Of a stretch of 64,000 nucleotides of DNA, positions 24,470 through 38,905 are shown piece after piece (position 1 is the first letter of the stretch; the number at the start of each line of letters is the position of its first letter). The translations under genes were made by a program, and so were the position numbers. The stretch covers positions 21,948,001-22,012,000 of the forward strand of contig OX597826.1 in the NCBI GenBank assembly GCA_951406725.2, given 5' to 3'. Below the pieces are notes generated by a model, which saw nothing but the letters and a program-made list of their open reading frames with translations, made no database searches and was not told the origin of the DNA. This DNA is from Octopus vulgaris. Its lineage: Eukaryota.

Positions 24470-24680
24470 TGATGGTGGGTTGGCAGAATCATTAAAACCT
24501 TGAACAAAACAGATTCGGTATTTAATTGCAACCCTTTATATTCTGAGTTCGAATCTCAGTGATGCCTGTCGAGACTTTCATTCTTCTGAGATGACAGATA
24601 AAATAAGAACCGGTTACTTCCTGGAGTTTATTTAAACAATGGTTTCTTCCTTAAAATATCTGTAACATTAAACCTCAACC
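24470..24680 (+). mobile_element. Degenerate SINE, second family
   Basis: tggcagaatcatt head, GAGTTCGAATC B box and ctttcatt...ataaaataag motif; related to 40550-40745. Confidence 0.5.
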
Positions 24681-25759
24681 AGAAATCCATATTTGAGACC
24701 TTCAACTGTTTCCTCTGACTTCCCTTATAAAACACTCATTCTTTACCATTCCAATTAGTAAATGACTCATTTAAAAATGGTGATGAAATGTTCTACTTGA
24801 TATACTAGGCCAGTCAGTTTAATAACACCATCCAGGGCCTTGGGTGATTTTAATGCGGTTTCACTTTATAGTAAGCATTCATCCTCCAATTTCCACTGAC
24901 ATTGACTTGTAGATGTTCAGGCTGGATATTGGAACTGAAAGAATCTTACCAGTCAAGAGATGGGTCTACACTGGCCCTTGTTTCCTGATTACTGAGCAGG
25001 GACAAAGGCTGTTTGTGTTCAAAGAGAAGAATTAAGAAGTTTAACATTATTGTCTTTGCCAGGGGCATTAACAGCAAGCAAACATTTAAGAGAAACAAGG
25101 TTAGACATGTATAAACAGATATATTTGATAAGAAGGTCAAACACGTGTAAAAAAAAGATATTTGTTAAGTGGAGTAAACAAGGGTAAGCAGTGTTATCTG
25201 ATAAATGCAGGGAACAAGGGTATTCTGAGTTATTTGATAACAGGAGTGAACGAGTGAAGAGATACAGCCAAATGATAATACAGTTGGTGTAAATAAGATA
25301 ATTCAGTGTCAATGTTGATTGATAGAGTAAACAGAATTGTGTAAACAAAAACATAGAGTACATAATATAGAGTACTTAATATAGAGTACTTAATATGAAA
25401 ATTAAATCTGACATCAAAACAAAAAAATTAAGATTTAAACACTGAAATATTAAACATTTTTGAGAGTCACAATCCTACATGCTCAGCCATTATATACACA
25501 CTGTCCCCTAATCATTATATACACACCATCATGAACCCAGCCTCAGGGTCAAGCCATTGGACACTGGTCATGCTGGAGCACTGTTTGATAGGGTGTATGT
25601 GAATATGTGTGTGTGTCTGTACGTTGTGTCAAATCACTCTTAGAGCTACTGGTATCAAGTAACCCAGTACAATGCATCACACAGTAGGGTCACTGGCAAC
25701 ACTATCAAGTGTCTTGGTAAGGATATCAACCCTATTAAGTGTCTTGGTAAGGATGGTGG

Positions 25760-27920
25760 TTTTTACAACCTATTTTTACCTTTGACAAAGTCAGGAAGGC
25801 GATTGCATCCTTTCTTGCTGGTTTTGGCACTGGGATCTCAGAAATAGTAACTCCCTGTCAGCTGATGATGCTGATCCTGAGGCCCTGGAAAACTTAATCC
25901 AGTTCATCAATATGTTCTCATCCGAGAGTGTCCTTTCCTACATTTGCCCCCATTCTTTGGGGTTAAGCTGTTTGGTCTCACAGAGCCCAGTGGTGACCTC
26001 CACCCTATAACAGTTGGATGTATTCTGTGATGGCTCACCATGAAAGTGTGATTGTTCTCAATTTCAAATTTCCCGTCTGCTGAAATTTCCCCTATTCAGC
26101 TAATTTGTGAGGCTCATACTACTAGGGCTTTCACCAACTTGCCTTCTGAGACCACATAAGTTATCCTTAAACTAGATCTCAGGAATGTCTTCAATTCCAT
26201 CAGTTGGGATATCATCCTCCATGCTTGTAAGGGAGAATAGCCCATAACTCTGCAGCTTTGCTTGGCAAACTTATTGGGAGTCTTCCTGCCTCTCCTTTGG
26301 CAAACATCTCATCCCATCTGCCTCTGGAGTCAAACCTGTTCTATTTGCACTGGGCATTGATGATGTTACCAAGATAGGAGCTGACTGGGATTTGAATGTC
26401 TAGTATCTTGATGATGCATGTTTTTCTGGGGAGGGAGACCTAATAATATCCTTGCAACTGCAAAGACAATGACTAAGGAACTTGGTCATAGGGGCCTTAG
26501 TGTCAACAGTTCCAAATGTGAGCTCTGGCTCTTCACCAATCCAGTTTCAGGTCAGCAGGCTGTAAACCTGTTTACAGATTCCTTCCCCTCTACCATGGTT
26601 CCTCCCTCATCGTGTGGTGCTCTCTTGTAATTACTGGCCAAGCTTTTGAGTCCATCTTTCAGTCCAAGATAGCTAACCTTTGGGAACTTTTAAAAAACTT
26701 TGAAGTAACTGAGTCCCACCAAGGTTTTTTATACTTAGGAATTACTTGTTGATTCCTGAGTTATTGTATTCTCAGAGTTAGTCCCTCTTATAGATTCTGG
26801 TCGTCTCTCTATTGCTTTGATGACCTAATCGTCAGGGAACTCAAATGTTTGGTCAATGTCAGACTTTCTCCAGAGTCCTGTGACCAGGCTGTTTTGCCCA
26901 AATAGTTTACAGGTTTAGATCTGCACAAGAGTTCATCTCTATCTCTTCTCTGTTTTCTTTCTTCCATCCACGCTTGCTCCATTTTAGTAGGCAACATCCT
27001 CTCCTTTCTAACACGGACGAGTTCCAAAAGGAGATGGATGAAGCTCTGTTGCAGTGGAGAGAGCTGGATTTCTCAGTTCTTGAAACAGCTGAGAACAGAT
27101 GGAAGCAGAGAGGATGGAGAAAAATCTGTGCTCAGTTCTTGAAACAGCTAAGAACAGATGGAAGCAGAGAGGATGGGGAAAACCTGTGCTCAGGGGCTAC
27201 TTTCAACTCTCTCTTTGACCAAGCTATTCAGTTTTTAAGGTGTCACTTACTTTCTGCAAGTTTGAAATTCTTGGGGGACTGGATTGATGCCTTGTCTGTG
27301 GCCAACATTAGTGGTCTACTCAATCTGGATAAGCTCTGCAACTCCTTTGCACTCAGAGTGGAAGCTGACATCTGTGGGGGACTGAGATGTTGCTGCTCCA
27401 CAGGCCTACATGGTTTGTCTTGCTGCCTAAATGCAGGTTGTTTTGCTCATCACACTGAGCTAAACTTAATCATTAAGCAGCCCCTGGCTTGGGTTAATAT
27501 CCCCTCAGTTCTGGGGGCCAATGAGATTATCTGGAAGTGATAGGAAGAGACCAGATGGCCTTACCCCTTGTCCCTGGGTAAGAGGTAGGTGTCTCATCTG
27601 GGACACCACAGTCTGTAACTCCTTTGCTCACTCCCACATTCTGGATGCTGCAGTAAATGGGAGGGTCAATGCTTCCGTAGCTGAAAGGAACAAAATCATT
27701 AAGTATTGGGACTTGTCAGTGAAGCATTTCTTCCAGCCTGTGGCGTTTGAGACATTTGGAAAGGCTGGGTTGCTAACAGTGAAATTCTCATAGTCACTGG
27801 CCACTTGCCTTACCATGGTGTCATGCGATGCCCATAAGGATGCTTGACTGTTCCTATGCCTTAACCTTGCCAATGCACATGGTAAGTCTGCGAGCATGTT
27901 GGCTTACTTCACTAGGTTCT
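25760..27920 (+). mobile_element. Decayed CRE-like non-LTR retrotransposon (RT plus restriction-like endonuclease)
   Basis: Fragments LKLDLRNVFNS, YLDD, GL.VN.SKCEL, a Cys/His cluster and RPDGLT..PW.RGRCLIWDTTV...AERNK..KY..L...FQPVAFETFG. Confidence 0.7.
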
Positions 27921-28329
27921 GTTGAATCTTGTGGTGTGTGACCAATTGAGGCACTTAATTTTGAATTATTTTTGTCTTTCGTCCTCTTTTTCTTTTCCTT
28001 CTTTGCTCATGTTTGTTTTCTTTGGTTTTGGATTTGTATTTTAATGTGGTTTTGTATTATATATGTATCGTATACATACATGTTATATATGTAATTATTT
28101 TCTCTTAGTAGAGTGTGTTCATTAAACATTAGCTATAATAATGTTAATTAGAGACTGATTTAATGGATTATACCATCTACCTTTACACAAAGAGCCTTGT
28201 ACCATAAAAAAAGCAAATCATCTCACTTAAATCTGGTTTTAAACAAGGTTGATATATGGCTCTTACATTATTGGTCATCTTCTTTGTTATTATCTTGCAA
28301 ACTTTTGCACGGAGCAATGCTACAATCCC

Positions 28330-29370
28330 CATCCATTACATACAACAGGAACAGCTTTTCAATTTGTCATTTTATTGCAGTGACAAAAATTTTCGTGGCT
28401 CTCATTCATAATCTCCTTTATGCTGATAATTGTGATTTCATAACCCACACCGAGGAAGACCGACAGCTCTTGACGAACTTCTTTTTCGTCTAGTGTGATG
28501 AGTTTGGACTTAAGAAAGCCATCATCTTGCTACAACCAACACCAGGCAAGCCATATACACCACCATCGATATATGTCATGGGTAAAAAGTTAAAGTTGTG
28601 GATACATTTGTCTTACTTGGTAGCATACTTGCTAGATTTAATACACTTGACATGGAGGTCAGTTATAGACTTTTCAAGGCGTGTGAATCGTTTGGGAAGC
28701 TTGAGTCGTGGCTCTGGTTGCAATTAGAGATTAAAGCAGCAACAAAAGTTGAGACATATCAAATATACGTAGTTGTATGGATGTAAGACTTGGACAACTT
28801 ACAACAGGATTATCCAACGTCTTGAGCGAATCTACCAACGATGATTGCGTAATATCCTGAAGATCTCATGGTGATCTCATGTACCTGATACGAAAGTACT
28901 GAAGCTGTCGTAAATGACAGGTATTGAGTCCATGATTATGAAGCACCAACTTTGATGGTTTGGTAATTTTGTCCGTCTTGAGAACTCAGCGCATGCCAAA
29001 ACATGTTTTGTATGGTGAGCTGGAGCAAGGAAAACGTCTCCTGTGCAACCGGTTTAAAGGTAATCTTGAAGGCATTCCTAAAAAAGATCAGTATCAATAT
29101 TAACATCTGGGAAGAAGATCTTGCATCAGATGGGGGAGGAATCTGATTGCTATTGATGTTAAAGAATTCAAAAACGACAGGGTAGCATACACTGAATTGA
29201 AAAAGTGTTGGTAAATATACGGAAGATATGAACACTTTATGTAGGTCAGTCTATTAGCGGTCCCAACATCAAGATGGTCAGGCCGCTGCTGGAGAGCTGA
29301 CTTGTAATCTGTGTGCAATGACTTGTGAGTATTTAGCAGGCTTTAAGAACCATATGAGATGATATCAGTG
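28330..29370 (+). mobile_element. Degraded RTE (BovB-like) LINE 3' part
   Basis: LLYADNC, QP.PG.PY.PP.I, VD.FV.LGS and EV..RL.KA..SFGKL motifs. Confidence 0.7.
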
Positions 29371-31130
29371 ATGGGGAGATCAATTGTGATTTTTTTTTTT
29401 TTAGAGTGAAATGGGTTTAAGAATCGGTTACAAGTCCACTATCCTCAAGTGTGTGTGCGCGCATGTAACTGTGAGAATACGTAATTGAATGTGTCTGAAA
29501 GTCTAAGGTAGGTAACTCTTTTTTCTTAATCGTGTTTTTTTAAAAATATATCGCACACACACACAAACACCTGCCTCCATTCATCCGTTTACGTATGCAT
29601 GCATGCAAAGTCGAATTACAATATTGGTCCCACAGCATGTACAATAACAACAACAACAACAACACAAGGAACCTGCCTTCTGTTGTTTAGTCAGATCTGA
29701 GAAGAGGCCACCAGTTCGCGTCTGACCACTATATATGAAAACAGCTAGTGTTTTTAATGCGTTATCTTCCTTATGGGGTTCACCATACAAAGAAATTACA
29801 CAACAGCAGTTATACTCTCTAGAATATAAGAACATCTTTCACAAAATCACTTCTTAATCAGTATTGCAGCACAGAATATCATGTCGATGAAAATTATAAC
29901 ACAGATGTTAGCGAAATATGGCTACAATAAGCGTGTGAATTGTAAAGGCCGACTTCATTAAGAATTAGAACCCCACCCTGAGCCATAAGTATGAGAACAA
30001 AAGAGCATATCTGCTGAAGGGCTTCTCCTAGTCGAGCATTAAAGCTTAAACCAGCAACAACGATTCAACTTCTGATTTGTTTGTTACATTGCTGTTTTGA
30101 AAGTCTGTTATTTCGCCATATTGTTGTTAACAAACAACACATAACTACATTAATAGCCACACTATCTATTAATTGCTCTCACATCCAGTTACCTGCCGAT
30201 CTTCTCCCTCCCTCCTCCCTCTCTCCATACACAAAACGTTTATCATCCTGTCTATCTCTATCTCCTTTCCTCTCCCTATCCACAATACTATTATTTATAC
30301 ATATCTTACTTTCCTTTAGCTCTCTACATCCTCACCAACATATCTAAACACATACCTACCTACCTCTTTACCTGTCATATACTCTATACATTTCTCTCAA
30401 TCATAGGTGCCATCTAGTTTTATTTGTCATCTGTCTGTTCCTGTCTGTCTTTCTCTTTCTGGCTCTCCTTCTCTCTCTCTCCCTCCCTCCCTCTTTCTCC
30501 CTATCTCCCTCTTACCTTGACTATCTCTATGTTTACACCTTAAAGCTTAAACAAACAACCAGACATCCTGTCATCAGCAATTTGTTTTTCTTTTATATTT
30601 TTCTCATCATGTTATTTTCTCACTGATAGTTGTACATAACAAACAAACACGCGCGCGCACATACACACATGACTTTAAACTGCACCCAATAGTGGGGCCT
30701 TCTGGTTTGAAAGTTTCTGGGTTTTGAGGAGTGTGGTAGCAACTCTTGGCCCCTGTTGTTCTCAGGTCAACTCTGACCAAGATAGTAGGACCTATTATGG
30801 TCCCAGCTATGGGTTAAATATTATGTGAACCCTTGTGAGTGAACGACCCTTATTTCTCATTAGAACTTCCTTCAAGGAGAAGGTAAATTGTTATAAAAAA
30901 AACCTGAAATATGCAATTGGTTTCTGGTTGTCTCAATCTCTGTTGTCTTGCCACTGGTTTCAAAGCTAATTGCAATGAAATGTGGGCTCACTGCTGTGCA
31001 ACACTTTACCCACTCAAAACAAATTTATGCACAGGAACTTCTCAGATCCTTGGAACTTTTGCATGGACTTACTAAGTTTAGAAAGTGATCTTACTCTGTC
31101 ACGAGATGACTTCCAACATACACACACATA

Positions 31131-31195
<65 letters not shown>

Positions 31196-31264
31196 CATAC
31201 ACCCACATGTATACACAGGTATAGATGCATGATGTATATTAGCTGAGTCATATTTATTTGTGAG

Positions 31265-31636
31265 AAGGCATAATGGCCCAGTGGTTAGGGCAGTGGACTT
31301 GCAGTCGTAGGATCATAGTTTTGATACCCAGACTGGGCGTTGTGAGGGTTTATAGAGTGAAAACACCCAAAGCTCCAGCAGGGGGTGGTGGTGGCGAACC
31401 CTGCTGTACTCTTTCACCACAACTTTCTCTCATTCTTTCTTCCTATTTCAGTTATACCTGTATTTGAAAGACCCAGCCTTGTCACACTCTGTGTCGTGCT
31501 GAATCTCCCCAAGAACTACGTTAAGGGTACACATGTCTGTGGAGTGCTCAGCCACTTGCATGTTAATTTCATGAGCAGGCTGTTCCATTAATCAGATCAA
31601 CTGGAAGCCTCATCGTCATAACCGACAGAGTGCCAC
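31265..31636 (+). mobile_element. tRNA-derived SINE, third family
   Basis: A box TGGCCCAGTGGTTAGG and a degenerate B box after a tRNA-length spacer. Confidence 0.6.
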
Positions 31637-31908
31637 GAATTTATTTGTTGTTAGCAGAATTTTAGTATATGTAACAACTGTAGTAGAGTCATATTTATCA
31701 AACAATCAGCTTGTTTCCTTCATTCCCCAGTCTTTGGTGGTGCTATATCAACCACTATTGTAATTTTTGACACCAAATTATTTCATAGAACTAATATTTA
31801 ACTGTATCACAGCTTGGTTCCTTTTTTACAAGAGTCATTCAATCATAGATTTCCTCCTCCTTGAGACAAATATGACTCCATTAAAGGCATAACTCCTCTA
31901 CTGTCTTA

Positions 31909-31940
<32 letters not shown>

Positions 31941-32264
31941 AGTTCAAATAAAAGTTACAAACCCCATTAAGGGATAATAAAATCCAATGAATATACTGGT
32001 TTAATACCTATTACAAGAAGTATTGAATATTATAATTAATATTCAACTGTAAGGTAACTGGATAAACTGGGGTTTATATATATTTTAAGAAAATAAGAAA
32101 ATGGAGAGATAAGTAAATAATTATTTATTGGTTATAAAATAGGACATCATCTTTGACAGCTGCTTTGATTCAAGTCTTTTAGAAATTAATTAGTATAATT
32201 AAAAAACATTTTAAAGCTGAATCATTAATTGTCTCTCTATTTTCTTATTTTCTCATATATATAT

Positions 32265-32310
<46 letters not shown>

Positions 32311-33344
32311 AACATATAAATACATACATACATATGTGTGCGTGCATATATATATATATATAAATACATATATTAATACAATAATACATTAATATATTAA
32401 TACATAAATTAATACAATACTATTTCTTTCAAACGGTTTTGGGGAAGTTCTTTAGAAACATTGAAATATCTTGTGACTTTCTAAAAGTCCATAACAAATG
32501 AACAGGCATTTTGGCACCTGTTATGTTTTTTTCAAAACAACATTTTTGACTTTTGACCTTTTTTGTGATTCCTGTTATGTCTTGAGATTTGGATTCAGGA
32601 GATAAAGTAACATTTGACCTTTTTATCGTGTTGAAACATCACCAGAAAATAAGTTCAAAGACCTTTTATTAATTTCTCATTAGGGTTTGTGAATAATTCA
32701 TGATTGAACATGTTTAGGAAAATTCTGTTTAGGAGATAGACAAAAGGCAGGTGAGAGGGAAACAGGTGAATATGGGTGAAAGAGGAATGGGAAGAGATTA
32801 ACTGAGAGAAAGGAAGAAAGAATGAGTGAGAGAGAATGAGTGATAGAAAGAAAGAGAGGAGAAAGAGAGCAATTGAGAGAGAGAGAGAAAGCAACTGAGA
32901 GAGAATGAATGAATGAGAGAGAGAGAGAGATGGTGTTAGATGTGAGTTCAAGAAGAGACAGAAAGTCAGTCAAAGAATATTAATAATTAAATCAAGAAAG
33001 AGAGAGATCGATCGATCAGAGAGAGATGAAAGAACAACATTTATATTTGTGTTATTATTTATTGGGGAAATGGCAATACATAACGTGTGGCCCCAAATCG
33101 TAGGTACCCTAGTTTATTTACCTTGCAGGGAAGGAGGTCTCTTTAATTTGGTCTTGCTACAAAATAACGGTGAAATTGTCTTAAATAATATTCTTTTAAG
33201 TAAAAACCAGAAGAAAAAAAACGTTACACAATGTTGTAGGAGTTAAATATGTAGATGAGACGCTTCTGGTTGAAATGTTTTTGATGGTAGGGAGTCTTCC
33301 ATTATGATTGTCACGAAAATGTGTTAATAGTATATGTAGGGGGG

Positions 33345-33390
33345 ATGATGATGATGGTGATGGTGATGGTGGTGGTGGTGGTGGTGGTGG

Positions 33391-33440
<50 letters not shown>

Positions 33441-33507
33441 TTGATGATGATGATGATGACGACGACGACGACGATCATGATGATGATGATGATGATGAGG
33501 AGGAGGA
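33345..33507. repeat. Compound (GAT)/(GGT)/(GAC)/(GAG) trinucleotide microsatellite
   Basis: Direct inspection. Confidence 0.95.
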
Positions 33508-33832
33508 GATAATATTTGTTCAGAATAAATTCATCCGAGGGAAGTGGAATAGATTTGGGAGAAGCAGATTTTTTCTTTTTAGTAAAACCGGAGTGAAGCA
33601 GAATTATCTCCCTTACTCCGTGACGCCTCGACGATAATCGTAGTTTGAACCTCTGACCATAGCCCAATTCCTCCACGTCCCAACTAATGTTCATTCATTA
33701 ATGTCCGTTGGTTGAATCGATAGAACAACGGATAAAGTGTCTTGCGCTACTAAATCCTGTATATTTCTAGAGTGAATTAAATAAAATACCAGTTATGTAC
33801 TGGGGTAAATACATCCCACTACATTTTTATCT

Positions 33833-34251
33833 TGTAGTGATGCTACTGTGTAAGGTTCAGCGCGCATGCGCAGAATGGGACTACTTCCGGGTGGCCACCG
33901 GAAGTCTTCCCCATGCGCATGTGCGGGAAACTGACCCCTAAGGAACATTGAACTCGATCACTCTCTCTGGCCATTTCAGCCCTCGTGAACAGACGTGCAT
34001 TTGGTAGTCTCTGATAACTATACCGACTTAGCCGCGGACGACATCGAATCCCTTCAACCAACCAACAAGAAGCTGTACAACAGATTCGGCTGCCGTTTTC
34101 CCTTCAGAAATACGTACACCATCACGAATAATAAACGACACTGCTGTCTTTCCCAGATAACCTGACTTCGTCTGTTATATTTAACTAAATTGAATGTGAC
34201 GGGATCGGATCGGATACCCTTTCAGTGATACCGATTCCAGATCCTGTTACA
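33833..34251 (+). repeat. 5' LTR
   Basis: About 8 substitutions versus the 3' LTR by eye. Confidence 0.95.
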
Positions 34252-34504
34252 ATTGGTGACCCCAAGTAGAAAAAAAAAAAAGAACAGAAGACGCAGCGAA
34301 AAGGTTTTGCCAGTTAGAGCACTGAACACTCAGTTTTCACTTTCATTTTTCTTTTCCTTTCAGGACGGCGAAGGTGCGTGAAAACACACACACACACACC
34401 ATTACACAAAACACGATTTTTGATTTGCTTTGTCGGTTCCACGTGTTCTCCACTTCTCGTTCATACCTTCTGCCCCTTTCTGACAGGCGTTTTTTCGGAC
34501 AAAC

Positions 34505-35174
34505 ATGGCTGCATCAGGTTTGCCTTTATTCACAGGAGATGTGGGTCTGTGGTTTGCCCAGGTGGAGTCGCATCTTGACGCACATGCCGTTCCTCCACAG
34601 CAGCAGTTGCATCTGCTATATTCAAGTTTACATCCCCGACTCGCCACATCGGTCAGGGATCTCATAAGTCCCCACCCGGACGCCACATACGCGTCCGTAA
34701 AAGCCGAACTCCTCCGCCGCAACGCGGTCGGAGGAGAGTAATTTTAAGGAGCTGATGGCCGAGGAACAGTTGGGATACGGGACTCCATCCCAGTTCCTGC
34801 GCCACCTACGGGAGCTGAGCGGGAACGCAGCGGACGCGCCGCTCTTACGGAGGATTTTCTTCTCCAGGTTGCCTGCCCACGTGCAGACAATGTTGGCCAC
34901 AGTACTGTAGTCTGTGTCAGTAGACCAGATTGCCACGATGGCCGATAAAATATTGGAATTTCCGAAACCATCTCCATCGCGAGGCCTGTGCGCATGTACA
35001 GAGCCCCCTCCGACGCAAAATTCACTAGCCGAGCGGCTCGATGCGCTTACGCGGCGAATCGATGATCTGTGCTGTGCAATCGGGCGCCGACCACGCAGTC
35101 GTAGTCGCAGTGGCTCTGCCGAAAAGGCAGAACGGTGTACCCAGCCGTGCACTTTCCAGCCCTCGGAAAACTAA
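34505..35174 (+). pseudogene. gag: Gypsy gag with premature stops
   Basis: LPLF...LWFAQVE, P...Y...KAELL and RIFFSRLP.HVQ.ML motifs; TAA at 34739 and TAG at 34908. Confidence 0.85.
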
Positions 35175-38100
35175 ATCCGGAGGAGGTGAGCACGTCACCT
35201 TCTTCCTTCTCGTTTCCCAAAAGTCGTGTGTTCTTTGTAAAAGATCTGGTGTCGAAGAAATTCTTCATGGTAGACACCGGCTCTTGTTGCAGCATCTGAC
35301 CCCTTCGTCTGACTGCAGACAAGCCCAAGCGCTCTTCAATTGTCTTGCATGCCATTGACTCGTCTCCCATAACCACAGATTTCGCTGCGCCTCGACATCA
35401 ACCTTCGTCGAGATTTTCAATGGGTTTTCGTCATCGCTGACGCATCCTATTCCCGGCGCTGATTTCTTGGATAGGTTTAATCTATTGGTGAATGTCAGGC
35501 GTCGGAGGCTTCTTGACAGCACGACGTCGCTCTCTACGCCGACTGGGAGTTCCACCAATGCGGTCCTTAGCCCGACATTCTTTGTTGCCACCTCTGGAGA
35601 TGCTTTTCACTCTCTTTTGGCTTCATTTCCGGAGCTAGTGGACATTGCCTTTCAACCGGAAAAGCCTACCCACTCGACCCTTCATTTTATCACCACCACT
35701 GGGCCGCCTGTATTTTCGCGCCCACGGCGCCTTGCGCCTGACCGACTAAAAGCGGCCAGGGTCGAGTTTGAGCACATGCTTCAACTTGGCCTTATACGCC
35801 CCTCCACCAGCCCATGGGCGTCTCCCCTTCATTTGGCGTGAAAGGGCGAATCTGATTTTTGCCCGGTAGGAGACTATCGACGCCTCAATGCCGTAACAAT
35901 AGCCGATAGATATCCAATCAGAAATCTACAGGACTTTACGGCAAATCTCCATGGTTGTACCATTATTTCGAAGGTCAACCTTATACGCGCGTACCATCAA
36001 ATACCGGTTAACCCAGCCGACGTTCCGAAAACTGCGATCACTACCCCTTTTGGGTGTTTTGAGTTTTTATATATGAGTTTCGGTTTGCAGAATGCTACTA
36101 GCACTTTCCAGCGTTTCATTGATGAGGTTGTCCGCGGTCTTGATTTTGTGTTTGCCTATGTCGATGATATACTCATTGCGAGCGACACACGTGAAAATCA
36201 TCTCCAGCACCTTTCTCAGCTTTTTCAGCGTCTTCGCGCTTATAGTATACGTATAAATCTCGACAAGTGTGTTTTCGGACGCTCTTCCCTAGATTTTCTA
36301 GGCCATCATATTGATTCGAGTGGAATCAGCCCTCTGTCGTCAAAGGTCGATGCCATTCAACGCATCGCACCTCCCACTTCCTTGCGCCAGCTCAGGCATT
36401 ATCTAGGGATGATCAATTTCTACAGACGTTTTATTCCCGGTTGTGCAGATAAGCTACTTCCTCTCACCAGGCTATTAAAGGACGGTCAAGTCACCCTCTC
36501 TGTTGAGGCAGTGACAGCCTTTGAGTCCATTAAGAAGGAGCTGGCTTCTGTTTCTTTGCTTGCACATCCGGTTCCTGGTGCTTCTTTCTCTTTGACTGTA
36601 GACGCATCGGACACTGTGATTGGCGCTGTGTTACAACACACAGTGGATGATCATATTCGACCTCTGGCTTTCTTTTCCCGCCAACTGCAACCAGCTGAAC
36701 GACGATACAGCACCTTTGATCGTGAGCTCCTAGTGATCTATCTATCGGTTTGTCATTTCCAGCAGCAACTTGAAGGGCCTTATTTTGTGATCTATACGGA
36801 TCACAAGCCCCTTACGTTTGCCCTGTGTTCAAAAACGGACAAACTCTCGCCTCGTGCTTTCCGGCACCTGAATTTTATCTCTCAATTCACCAGTAACATT
36901 CGACACATACCTGGAAAAGAGAACGTTCCTGCTGACGCTCTCTCTCGCCTTCCAGTCTGTGCCCTTTTGTCTCCTGCTGCTATCGACTTAACTGCCATCT
37001 CACAGGAGCAGCCACCTTTGGCGTCGTTACACTTAACTTCTCCCAAGTTCTCCTGTTGCCAGTTTTCCTACCATCCGCTTCCGTCAGCCGAAGGCACCAT
37101 TCTCTGTGATACTTCCACTGGTTCTCCTAGGCCACTCGTGCCTGAGAATCATCAAGGCTCAGTGTTTGAAGCACTGCACTCCTTATCACATCCTGGCATC
37201 GCTGCCACCCTTAAGCTGATCACTGCTCGGTTTTTCTGGCCGAATATGCGTCGCACTATTACTTCTTGGACGCGCACCTGCTCCAGGTGTCAAAGGTCCA
37301 AGATTCAACGGCACGTTCGTGCCCCACTTGGACATTTTCCCCCTACGGAGGCCCGTTTTCGCCATGTCCACATCGATCTGGTTGGACCATGGCCTGTGAG
37401 TCGCGGGTTTTCTTATCTGTTAACTTGTGTCGATCGTTTCTCCCGCTGGCCAGAAGCCATTCCAATAGCAGACACTTCTGCTGAGACTGTTGCGCGAGCC
37501 TTCGTTTCAAACTGGATTTCCCGTTTCGGAGTCCCGTCCAGATTGACTACTGATCGTGGACGTCAGTTTGAAGCTTCGCTATTTCGCGAATTGTCGTGCA
37601 TTTTAGGTGTGCATCATATCCACACTACCAGCTATCATCCAGCATCTAATGGATTAGTTGAACGGTTCCATCAAGGCCGCTCTTCATGCCTCTTCAGATC
37701 CACAGTCCTGGATTGAATTTCTGCCAATTGTGCTTCTCGGTTGTCGGACTGCTGTCAAGGCAGACCTGGGGTTTTCTTCTGCAGAGCTGCTGTATGGTAC
37801 CACACTGGCATTGCCTGGTATGATGTTGGTGCCAGACACTTCCCAGCCCCATGATCCGGCGACCTATGTCGCCAGACTGCGTTCATATTTCTCGAATCTT
37901 CCACCCATGGTTCCCAGGAAACAATCTCCACCATCCTATCTCCCACCGGATATGGACACTTGGTCGCATGTTTTTGTTCGGGACGACTCTGTCAAGGGGC
38001 CACTTGTTTCTCCCTATAAAGGACCTTTCCGTGTGCTTTCTCGCACACCTAAGGTTTTTGCTATTGAAATAAATGGTCATTCGGAGACCGTTTCCGTGGA

Positions 38101-38347
38101 CCGACTGAAGAAAGCATACTTTGAGACGTCTTCATCTTTTGATGACAACCTTGCCACACCCACCTATGCACCTTTAACAACACCTTCACCTGCACAAACA
38201 CCTTCACCTGCACAGACACCTTTGCCTTTACCGGCTCCTACAACACCACCTTCGCCGTCAACGGGTGCCTCGAGCACACCGTATATTACAAGATCGGGCA
38301 GAACAGTGCATTGGCCCAAGAAACTTTCAAAGACAATTTATATTTAA
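35175..38347 (+). pseudogene. pol: Gypsy pol (PR-RT-RH-IN) with stops and frameshifts
   Basis: VDTGS, SPWASPLH, GDYRRLN, YVDD, VDASD, YTDHKPL, HHCC zinc finger, [25 protein letters not shown] and TRSGR motifs. Confidence 0.92.
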
Positions 38348-38486
38348 CTTTCTTTCTTTCAAATTTCTTGTTTTTTGTATGACATTGTGTACCAAATCTT
38401 CTGTGGGGATCGGCAAGCCATCTGTTTTTCTGCAGCACCACTACAAATTTTCTTGTTTTCGTACTTCCGCACTCGAGGGGGAGCCA

Positions 38487-38905
38487 TGTAGTGATGCTAC
38501 TGTGTAAGGTTCAGCGCGCATGCGCAGAATGGGACTACTTCCGGGTGGCCACCGGAAGTCTTCCCAATGCGCATGTGCGGGAAACTGATCCCTAAGGAAC
38601 ACTAAACTCGATCACTCTCTCTGGCCATTTCAGCCCTCCTGAACAGACGTGCATTTGGTAGTCTCTGATAACTATACCGACTTAGCCGCGGACAACATCG
38701 AATCCCTTCAACCAACCAACAAGAAGCTGTACAACAGATTCGGCTGCCGTTTTCCCTTCAGAAATACGTACACCATCACGAATAATAAACAACACTGCTG
38801 TCTTTCCCAGATAACCTGACTTCGTCTGTTATATTTAACTAAATTGAATGTGACGGGATCGGATCGGATACCTTTTCAGTGATACCGATTCCAGATCCTG
38901 TTACA
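38487..38905 (+). repeat. 3' LTR
   Basis: Direct repeat of 33833-34251. Confidence 0.95.

Larger units (their letters stand above)
33833..38905 (+). mobile_element. Full-length Ty3/Gypsy LTR retrotransposon, inactivated
   Basis: 419-bp TG...CA LTRs, TSD ATCT (33829-33832 / 38906-38909), PBS TGGTGACCCC at 34254 (tRNA-Trp-like), PPT GAGGGGGAG at 38475; domain order gag-PR-RT-RH-IN. Confidence 0.97.

Noticed and set aside
29581-29835. 84-aa minus ORF as a host exon
   Set aside because: No convincing splice sites or homology; ends in a (TGT)n repeat.
31270-31345. tRNA gene (also 39060-39125)
   Set aside because: A/B boxes only, without a full cloverleaf; these are SINE heads.
33308-33694. Poly-Asp/Met/Ile ORFs
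   Set aside because: Trinucleotide microsatellite.
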